Shown: in pieces, positions 9,273-18,838 of the stretch | Layout of the letters: each line of letters begins with the position of its first letter | How positions within the stretch are numbered: the first letter of the stretch is position 1 | Source: Paraspadella gotoi | Taxonomy: Eukaryota; Animalia; Chaetognatha | Direction: 5' to 3' | DNA length: 19,328 bases | Assembly (NCBI GenBank): GCA_051294375.1 | Contig: JBJCIZ010000722.1 | Location: 22,327 to 41,654 of the forward strand | Program-made: the position numbers and the translations under genes | Notes under the pieces: model-generated | Database searches by the model: none | Told to the model about the DNA's origin: nothing | Seen by the model: the letters and a program-made list of their open reading frames with translations, nothing else

Positions 9273-12200
9273 TTCTTTCTCTTACTCAACATACATATAA
9301 TAACCAACCTACCTATATAAATACTTAACTATTTTTTCTCTCTCCTTCAGAAATCGAATTCGGAAGAGCAACAGATTTGAGCGATAGAATCTCACACTGG
9401 TGTTCCTACAGGAACCAGCATTGGCTTTTGGATGTAACAGACCAGGTTCAAGAGTTCATTACAAATATGATTCAATCGTTTTTTGATTTTGTTGTAAATC
9501 ACGTATCTTACATGGCAGAGTTAAGAGAAAGTGGATGGATTTACCTATTCCTAAAATCTGTACACGTTAGACATGTAGCAGCTCCCTCTACTAATAACTT
9601 AATACGCTATGGAAATAATTTAACTGAGAAAAGGTTATTTAATGAAGATTTACGTTCCATCTTTTTGAGGAATGTATATGATACAAGTAACTATATTTTG
9701 ACCAATGAAAAAATGAATTTATGCGTTTTATTTGGAATAATGCTCAGTTTAGAAAATAAATTCGGTGAGGAACATCGTTTGAGTAGAATACCTAAGAAAT
9801 ATGCAAGAGAAATTGTCTCAGCAATTGAAACTGGTGACTTGATAAGCCTAGACAATGATGGACTACACGTCAATGACTTTTTAAAACTTGAAAAACTCAA
9901 TTCACCCATACCAAATTCTTTAATTAAATTTTACCCTGAATTAGCTTGTTTTCAGGGGTTATCACTTAACCTGTTTAAAATCAGAAAGGCGGTTGATTTT
10001 AAAGCTTATTCAATCTTTCCAATCGCGTTAAGTTCTCATCACAATGACGATAGAAATTATCACCAAGTTGATCTATTGATTGACTCACCAGACATCAGGC
10101 CATCGGATGAGGGCGACCTTACTGTAGATTATAACGAAAGAGAACATATTCTGTACATTTCCGACCTTGCAAGGTTATTAACAACGTTTCGATCCGTGAC
10201 TGAAAGAAAATTCAATACAGATCGTCTTAAGCATATTTGTCGTGCTTGCATTAATTTATTTGCAGATGAACAGGCTTATTTTAATCACACCCAACTTTGT
10301 AAGGCATTTTCAGCTGGGCAAGGCCGTCGCGAGGCTTCCAATAAAACAGTTCATGTAACACATATAGAAAATTCATGGACTGGAGAATTGGAAAAAAATG
10401 TTCTTAAATTCGAAAGAAGAATGTTGTATAAAAAAATTAAACCGCTATTTTTCTCCTGCATTGATTTTGAGTCCACCACTGTCACAGTGAATCACACTGA
10501 CACTGACACTCACAATGTAAAATCTAACTTAACGCCACTCCTAAAATCCGCAATTTCTGAGCAAAGACCGTTAGCTTATAGTTTGGTTCATAAGAGTCTG
10601 TATGAAAAAGATTTTCCCTTACCAAGAGAATTGAAAACTCCACGCTGTAAATTTTTAGATGAAAAGATACAAACAGAAAAAGATTTCTTTATTAAACTTC
10701 TTTTAACACTTAGAGACGATGCTTGGAAGTTACACCAGCATACACAAACTGTATTTAAGATGGATAAGGGAACTCCGACTTTAGAAGAATTGAGTTTGAA
10801 CGAAAAAATTAAATATGCCTTGCAAGATTTTTGTGATTTATGTGGCCGTAAATTTAATTCTAAGTCTAAAAATAAATATAGCGGAAAAGTATATACTTTA
10901 AAAAAAACGATTGATCATTCTCACATTGATTCAGGGAAAAAAAAAATGAGATTTTTAACATGCGCCGGATGTAATCTTAATCTTGTGGACTTTTTACCAT
11001 ATAAAATCGGACACACAATCTATGCTCATTTTGGGTCGCATTACGACGCCGTTTTCATGCTTTCAGGGATTTTAGAAGCAGCAACACATTGCACTAATGT
11101 ATCACACAATGTAATAGCTGACCCAATTTTTAAGCCCATAATAAAACAAGCCCCAAAAGTTTTATTCCGCGGTAATGAGAACACGCCTCTCTCTATTCGA
11201 TTTAAGTTTTCATGCCCTTATCCATCCATTTGTCCAAAATGTTCTTGTTCCAAAGGAGAAAGAGAGACTTTTTCAAGAATTAATGGTTATACACTAAAGT
11301 GCTTTTCTGACAGATATTTAATTATCTCTGATAGTTTTTTCATTATCAGTCATTCTCTTTCTAATATAATACATGATCTTAATGAAACAGCACACAAAAA
11401 TGCCACGCATATCAATGATGAAAATCACGCACTTACAGAAATTTTTTCATCGACTTACGAATTTGTTAAAAATTGTGGTTACCAAGACTCATTTTTTCAA
11501 TTTTTGATTCGTCAAAAAGTCGTCATGCCTTTTAAACTATTTACCAATTTTGAAACAATTCAAAATATTACAGAAATTCCGAGCATAGAAAGCTTCCACT
11601 CTGAGTTAAGTGGAAAAGATAAAATATCTCACGAACAGTATGAAGTTTTCAAAAAGGTTTGGAATGGATTAGGTGTTGATAATTTATTTGAAATGGTTTA
11701 TTTTTATGTCAATTTCGATTCATTGAACCTGATCGATTCACTTTCATATTATTTTGGATTTTTGCATACTGTCTGCGAATTTTATCCAGCAAATTTTTTG
11801 GTATAGTATATTTGGTATGATTTGAAGATAATAATAATAATAATAATAATATTTATCTGTTTCTAGACCATTTCAAGCCTGGCTCTTACATCTGTTTTAT
11901 TTCATGCAAAAAGTCCGACCCAACCAGACAAAAGAATCGAATTAGAAATGTTAGACGCTGAGACACATCAAATCTTTGAAAATAACTTGGTACAATTAAT
12001 CATTTTTGTTAAATTTTTAATAATAATAACGCATCATAATTCCATTACACCATTTCAGTTGGGAGGGTTTGCTGCTATATTTTCTTTTCTTGGAGAATAC
12101 GACTTTGATAGAGAAGAGGAAATAGCGACAGCTTCGTACGTGGATGCTAATGGTGAGTTAATAAGGTGACTTAACTTTAATATGTAATCTATTTAATATT

Positions 12201-14152
12201 CTAACTTGAACGAATTTTAATTTCAGTACTTAAAATATAGATGATCATTTCTTTTTATATAACTCTGTAAATACAAACTCCCTCTTTTTCCCCTACAAAA
12301 ACCAAAAAAGAAAAAAACAAAAGTCACCTTTTTATTGATAAAGAATTTTTAAAACAATATATATAATATTTTTTCTATCCTTTTGCTTAGGGCTATATCC
12401 CTTTTCTATGACGAATTTTTTGCCCTTTGACGGTTTTGAAATCCTTCGAAAAACGTCCCACCCAGAAGTTTTTAATTTTTTAAGTGAAAAGTTATTGTCA
12501 TGTGACGTTGACTATTTTCACGATGCTTTGATAAATAAGAACGTTGGGTATTTGTTTGTGGTAGTATGTCAAACAGATATAGATGACATAACTAAAAGCC
12601 TAAATTATGATTTATGTCAATTCCCAAACAAAACATTAGTAAAAAGTTACGAGCTCCACTCGGATCAAATTAAAGCTGCTTTAAAACTAGGACGTCGAAT
12701 TGATAAAGAAACTGGAAAGTTAGTTTCCACGGTTTACACTCAACCCACTGAAATCTCTGATTACGTTGAAAATCTTCTTTATATGATTCTTATTCATAAC
12801 ATAGGAGTTTCAAAAGTCCTTAAAATTGTGCGATTTAATTCGTATCGTTTTTTAGATGATTATATGCAATATTTGCAAGACCAAAGATCTAAAATGAGCT
12901 CAAAAATTTTAGGGAAGTGTGTAAAACAGCTTTCAAACGCTGTTTGTGGAAAATTCCATGAGAGGCGATCTAAGTATCTTAATTCATCAGTCTGTATAGG
13001 AAAAGAAAAGTTTTTAAAGGAAGTTAATAAAATTCATTTTTTCGATTTTCGAAAAATTTCTCAAGAAGCGGTGGTTGTCCTAAAGGACGGTGCCAGTAAT
13101 ATTGACAAATCTGTTCCACAAATAAGCTCAAGGATTTACTCTAATTCTAAACTATTTTTGTGGCGAAATTATTTCAACATTGCAGCTAATATAGCCAAAA
13201 TCGGTGACATTAATACTCGCCTGATGCTCACAGGTATATATTTGAAAGTAATTATTTGTGTAATTGTTTTATAATTAATTTATTAATCAATTTATTTATT
13301 ATAATTAGATACCGATAGTATGGTCTGCTCTTTCATTAAAACGAAGTCTGATTTAGAAAGAAAAGAATTGCATGATTTGCAATTATCAGATAAGCAAATT
13401 GCACTATCACTCAGTCTTACTGGAAGTAATTGGGGAAATATATATTTGGAAACTTTTGGTCCTTTGCTCGATTTTTCTTGTCTCAACAAGGTATTTGATT
13501 GTTTTGTCTTAAAATATAATTATTGTAAATATCATTAATTATAATATTATTAATATATATAATAGGATTCTTTTATATATCAATGTTTGATGACAAAAGA
13601 ACCTAAATTACTTCAAGTTCTGCTAAACTTTTTGAGTCAAACTGACAAAAATACCTGTGGACTTTTTAAGGATGAACTAGGCACACAAATTATCAAGGTT
13701 AATTCTAATATAATTATTTATATTAGTAATAATAATAATTAATAATAATAATAATAATCTATCTTTTTTAGACCGTCTTCGCTACTTCTGTTAAGCAATA
13801 CTCAATTTCTACTTATCCAAATAATCCGGACTTTCCCCTTAATAAATTAGGGGGAAATAAAGATGTCAAATTATCTGTCGCTAAATCTAAGGGAGTTAAA
13901 AGAAATGTATTTTTAAACAATATTACTACTGAGGATTACAGAAAGGCTGTAAGTACAGACGAACCGACTCGAAAGGTTACACAACACGGGATAAGAAGGC
14001 GAAACCAGAGGATCTTCATTGTGAAAGAAAAAAAAAAACTTCTCACTCGTTTCACATCCAAACGCTTATATCGTAACAAAGACAATAATAATAGATTTTT
14101 TTTTACACATCCCTTGTATTTAAAAAATGTTTTGTCAAGCGAGTCTTCATAA
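8838..14152 (+). CDS. polB: Protein-primed family B DNA polymerase (Maverick/Polinton/adintovirus type), ~1507 aa, 8 exons: 8838-9156, 9351-11800, 11867-11989, 12059-12152, 12391-13233, 13309-13490, 13566-13697, 13772-14152
   Basis: Seven GT-AG introns (194, 66, 69, 238, 75, 75, 74 nt) give one open frame. Ordered motifs: ESGW, NLCVLFG, HILYISDLARLL, CRAC..H..C, ExoI IDFES, ExoII HFGSHYD, ISDSF..SLS, QKVVMPF, ExoIII YVNFD, LGG, motif A YVDANGLYP, motif B KQLSNAVCGKF, motif C LTDTDS, GLFKDE, KQYS, KSKGVKR..ITTEDY. Confidence 0.95.
9226..9282. repeat. (CT)n microsatellite in pPolB intron 1 (similar tracts at ~915-970, 8343-8370, 19021-19059, 19222-19245)
   Basis: Direct inspection. Confidence 0.9.
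10832..10984 (+). other. Endonuclease VII-like (His-Me finger) module inserted in the pPolB exonuclease domain
   Basis: CDLC...IDHSHIDSG...RFLTCAGCNLNL matches the CxxC...DHxH..G..R...CxxCN pattern. It lies between ExoI (10463) and ExoII (~11042), as in many animal Polinton polymerases. Confidence 0.85.
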
Positions 14153-14263
14153 ATTATTGCTTTCTGTATTTTGTCTTTTCTTTCAGCAAGTTTTTTTAGT
14201 GCAAAAATAAATAAGTGACTAGAATATAAATAAGAAAAAAGGCAAATTTGAACTAGTAGTAGA

Positions 14264-16199
14264 ATGCCTGATGTTAATCTTACCCAAGATACAGCAGCTG
14301 TAGAAAAACGCTACGAAGATTTCTATAAATTGCCTCTTGATCAAGATTTATTGTCCACTGTGCGCTTGACACACGATCGCATCGCCATATTTGCAACTGA
14401 CGATAAGAACGAGCCCATCGTCGAAATCCGCCGTGTCGACAACGAAATCAACAGAAATTGGAAAGAGGTAAATAATTTCTCTTAGTTTTTCTGATAATTT
14501 TAAATTTCAGTTTTATTAATAATAATTAAACTTTCTTTTTTAGTCTGGTTTCGCCACAAACGACTGTCGTCGCTGTTGGGTCTTGCCTCTATGGCACCTC
14601 ATACTCTTGGCTAAGGAAGGTGCCTTTCAAATTCTACAGGTTAAATATTTTTTTTTTACTTTACATTTTAAACTTAGCTCTCTCTCTCTAACTTTTATTC
14701 ACCCCTCTCCCTTTTTTTAGATCGCCATTAACGAACTCAACAGGGAACTCAACGCCAACACTGAGCTTCGCATCGACTCCGATCGTGTCACGCAGATTTG
14801 TGAGGTAATATTAAAATGTGAATCCGAATAATCAAATCTGTTTCCTTTATTTTTTTCATTTTTTGTCTCACAGAAATACCTTATCCAAAAGTCGCGCGTG
14901 TCATCAAGCTCTTACGGTCTTGAACTTTGTCATGAACGTGAAAAACGGACACAATCAGGTATATAGTCATTGACAGCTCATGACCACTAGATACTTATTT
15001 CAACCCAACCCAATACCTACTCAGTAAAAAAACATAAAGATGGTCATCAATCACCTCGGCAACGTAAAAAAAAAAAAACTCTCAAACACAATTCTAAACC
15101 CAAGACTCGTTCCATTGCTACTGAGCACTTACTTGTCTTATCCACAGGCATTGTCCCAGCCGGTTATTTTGCGCAAATCCGCCGTATCGTAAACACCAAC
15201 AACAACGACGTTCAATTCGTTTCGCCTTTCCATCCTGGATCTCCTGGGATGCGTGCGCAGACACATATTTGGACTCGCCTATACCAGGAAAGACGCAACT
15301 AATAATAATAATAATAATAATAATAATAGTAATAATAATAGTAATAATTTATCTTAAGCATTTAAACTCTATTACATCTCGAAATACAAATTAAATAAAT
15401 ATTTTACTTAATATTTGTTTTTATTTTTTTACAGGCGATGTTTTGTTTGCCGTTTCCTGGTCGGCACACCTACGACGACTATAAGGAACATGAGGCTGAA
15501 TATCAGCAGGCTCAACTCCCACCCGCTGAGTCTGGTGATTGGTTTAACTACAGCGATTCAAGACGAACAAGATCCGAATCTTATGTCCCTCCAAAGTTTC
15601 GTCGAAACTTCTTCGGAGAGATGGCGACTCTGGCTCTCCAAGAGCACTTCGACGAGTGCCTTGACCCTGAAAGATGCGACACCTGCGAGAGCGGAGTTAC
15701 CGTTGAGATGATTGAAGATTGGGACGAGTAAGTTTTTTTGTTGCTCATATTAACTAAATAATTTCATTTCTTACATTATCATTTTCTACTACTCCATTAT
15801 ATCCTCACTCCTTCCTTTTTTCAGAAATCATCGTGGCGCGACGTTGTACAAGAAGTTCGAGGGTCGAACGGCGATGGATATCATCGTTGATGAGAAAAAA
15901 TGGACCGTGACCAAAGGTTCTTTCTTTTTATTTAGATTTTTTAAAAGATATTTTAAAAATTCAGTATTTTTATCCGTACTAATTGAACATATATTGTATT
16001 TTCAGTTCAATCCTCGAATCCCTCGCCTACAACCTCGTCGGCAAATGGTTCCAATCAGCTTCTTCCTTCACTGACACCGTCGGAAAGAATGCGCCGTCGT
16101 CTCACTGAAAGAAAAAGAAAGTCGGATGAGGAGCTTCTTTCCAGTAACCTCCCCGATTCTTCACGTTCAACGACCCAGCCGCTGTCTAACGGACGCTAA
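14264..16199 (+). CDS. Hypothetical protein ~395 aa, 8 exons (14264-14467, 14544-14639, 14721-14804, 14874-14958, 15148-15287, 15435-15727, 15825-15916, 16006-16199); possible tandem PC4-like ssDNA-binding protein
   Basis: Six GT-AG introns plus one inferred GA-AG intron (15288-15434) keep one frame. Two repeats resemble PC4 (PIVEIRR...WVLPLWHLILL; YFAQIRR...PGSPGMRAQTHIWTRL). These are followed by HxxxCxxxxxCxxC and a Ser-rich tail with RRRLTERKRK. Could instead be two genes split at TAA 15300-15302. Confidence 0.75.
15300..15347. repeat. (AAT)n microsatellite inside predicted intron (similar tracts at 11829-11850 and 13728-13758)
   Basis: Direct inspection; all three lie within predicted introns. 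Confidence 0.9.
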
Positions 16200-17066
16200 A
16201 ACGGACACCCGAAAACCTCGCCGTTTCGCCAGCTGACCTTGACAAAATTATGACATAATGACGTAACAAACGAACATAATACTTGACTTTCACAAATAAC
16301 TAACTTAAGGCTAGATTACTAAATTACTAATAACTAAATGACTAACTTTTATGGTCAGCTAGAGAAATAAAACGACTGACTGACTAACTATCAAAAACTA
16401 GCCTTTTTTCTATTTTATTTTTAGGGTATATATATATTCTATTTTACTTTTGCGGGATAACCATATTCTTTAAAAGCTTATTTTTCTTGGGTATTTTTTT
16501 CTTTTTTTCTTACCAATCAATTTATACTCAAATATCAATTTTTTAAACAAATACATTTGTAAATATTATAATAATATTACTTAAATGACGTTTACTGACT
16601 CATTATACAAGCGAGTAGTACTCTTTTTTTTTGCTTTGCTTTTTTTGGTGTTTAAATAGTTTATTACAAATTTTAAACAATTTAATTTTTATCAGTATCA
16701 TGCCATTTATTGTCTTTTTTATCCTACTCTGATCTAAATCAAAAAAATACAATAACAACAGTTTCCAGCAGTATATTTTGACTTAGACTGGTCTAGTGAT
16801 TGTCGTTCATTTTTTCTTATTTTGCAATTATTATCACACTTTTTTATCTGCTAATTGGTATCATTTTTATTCTCCTTGTTTTTAAAAAACATAATGGATT
16901 TGTTGTCATGCCGAAATCATAAGCTGAATCATTTAATATCTTATTATATGGATGAGACCCTTTTTAGATTTCCCACTCTTTTCAGTATAATTCCAGCCGA
17001 TTCCAACTATATACTTTAAGAGTGGTGGCAAAAGCAGTTGTCATTAGTTCTGTGAGTAGCGCCGAC

Positions 17067-17250
17067 GATTTTTAAAATTACTGAGTTTACGTTTACTTTG
17101 CTTTCCATGAACTAAATTTTAACCTTGTATCCTTTGTTTTTCTGGGAAAAAGTTTTTTAGCTGTAAATAATGCCAAAGATTTTTAAAATTACAGTTACAG
17201 TTCACATTTGCTTTTTTAAATTTTAACGTTGTATCCTTTGTTTTTTTCTG
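17067..17250 (+). repeat. Imperfect direct repeat pair (~75-80 bp)
   Basis: GATTTTTAAAATTAC...TTTGCTTT...TAAATTTTAAC.TTGTATCCTTTGTTTTT.CTG at 17067-17144 and 17178-17250. Confidence 0.75.
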
Positions 17251-17775
17251 AGTACTGTACTGTACTCATTACGAGTTTTGAATAAAGTTATTATCCTACC
17301 GATCACGTAACGAGATATTGATATTATACTGTAAAATTTTTTTTAGATTGCACTGTTTACATTTCTACTTTTCTTTCGGTTAACTGAATTTCAAAATTAT
17401 ATTTTTTTCCGGGAAAAAAAAATATTTTGTCTGTTTTAGATAACCATTGTCCTGTCGATCACATAACCATTTGTTTTTTTTGGGGAGGGGGGAAACAACA
17501 AAGAAAAATTTTTATTATCTACACGCGTCGTAGTTTTTTCCTACTTGTTTTTTTATAAACACACTGTAACAGTCTGTTACTTGTCTTATTGTAAATATAA
17601 ACGGGAAAATAAACATTTCAACATTTAACCAAAAGAGAGCAAAACTTTTTTGATTTAATCAATATGAATAAGAGATAGAGAAACATAAAACGAAATAGTA
17701 AATCAGCTCGGACATAAATAAATGATAGAAACAATATTATAAAACAAAAATGTGAAAAAAAAAGGCAAAAAAAAG

Positions 17776-18838
17776 CTACAAAGGTAGAAAAAAATTTTCA
17801 GAAGCTTTCTTGAGACGCTCCGAACGACGAGGCGGCAGGACAGGTGTAGGACTAACCACCTGATCATCCAGCAAAGAACTGTCGCCACCAGCGAACTCGT
17901 CCTCCTTCTCAACTTTCACACGTGAAAGAGTCGGTGAAACAATCTAGTTTTTTAAAGAATATAATATTACCATTTTTAAAAATATTACATCGTTTCAATA
18001 TACTTGATCAATTTAAATTTACCTCTTTTGGTTGTGTCTCCATCTCGTCACTAACTGGTGGTGACTCGGGCAACAGTGAGGGAATTGACGATGTTATGTC
18101 TGAAGACATAGGAAGGGGGTGTTGAATGGGTGGATGCGATGGACGGGCTGGCGGTGGACCACGAGATGGATGCCACGTTCGAATTGGGAGAAGCACCGCT
18201 CCATCTTCCCGGAAAAAACGGCAAAGCCGACGTCCACATTTTATCTATTTATTAATAAAAAATATATATATATGTGGGATTCGTTCCCGAATTCTTCCGA
18301 TCTCCAGACTCAGATGGAGTCTGATCCTCAATTGAGGCCACAAAGAACTATCTCATTATAAACTAATTTATATTAGAAACAAGTTCATACCTCGTTCTCT
18401 CGTTCTTTCATATCCTTATTCTTTTAACTTACCATACAACTCATACCGACGGCGCCGAGTGCAATTATAGCACAGACTCCGAAAACCTCTAAATTTGTCC
18501 ACCCGACATGAGACGATGTAGGCGACAATGTTGGTGACAATGGCGATGACGATAATGACAATGACCGTGACGTTGAAGTAATCGCTGACGTCGTGGCGAA
18601 GGATGATGATGTCGACGATGTAGATGGAGGGAGTGGATCGAGACCCAAAACAGTCCTCAAGCAGTCTAAAATAATAACATTTAATTTAAATTTCATTTTA
18701 TATAATTCAATGACAATAATTTCAATTAAACGTACTATCCCCAAACGTTAAAAAGATACATTGCATCTCAGCCTCATCCACATCCAACCCGCACGAGATG
18801 GCGTAAGCAACGCACTGTGAAGTTGATATAAGCGCCAT
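17776..18838 (-). CDS. Single-pass membrane protein ~241 aa, 4 exons (18838-18736, 18665-18433, 18244-18023, 17943-17776)
   Basis: GT-AG introns (phases 1, 0, 0) give a 4-Cys N-terminus (MALISTSQCVAYAISC...QC...NC), a Ser/Thr-rich stalk, hydrophobic VFGVCAIIALGAVGMSCMI, basic/Cys KCGRRLCRFFR, and a Pro-rich tail ending PRRSERLKKASENFFLPL*. Confidence 0.8.

Larger units (their letters stand above)
1498..18838. mobile_element. Intron-rich Maverick/Polinton-like (pPolB-encoding) endogenous virus-like element; boundaries not visible
   Basis: Full-length Polinton-type pPolB inside a cluster of otherwise unrecognisable genes, six co-oriented, with only ~100 nt between CDSs on each side of the polymerase. 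No TIR, integrase, capsid or ATPase seen, so the extent is inferred from gene content only. Confidence 0.6.

Noticed and set aside
10832-10984. Intein or group I intron homing endonuclease
   Set aside because: No intein splice-junction residues or self-splicing intron features seen; an EndoVII-like insert at this position is a regular part of many Polinton pPolBs.
9377-13538. Separate ORFs or a fragmented pseudogene reading of the polymerase
   Set aside because: Every break is bounded by GT..AG with matching phase, and splicing restores conserved motifs without stops.
16290-16395. Cluster of ACTAA/TGACTAAC motifs downstream of the 16199 stop
   Set aside because: They resemble branch-point or RNA-binding motifs but are short, irregular and in AT-rich 3' sequence; not distinguishable from chance by eye.
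17703-18361. Overlapping short ORFs on both strands (17703-17912, 17922-18125, 18051-18239, 18119-18361, 18126-18335)
   Set aside because: Shadow frames of the GC-richer exons of the minus-strand membrane protein gene.
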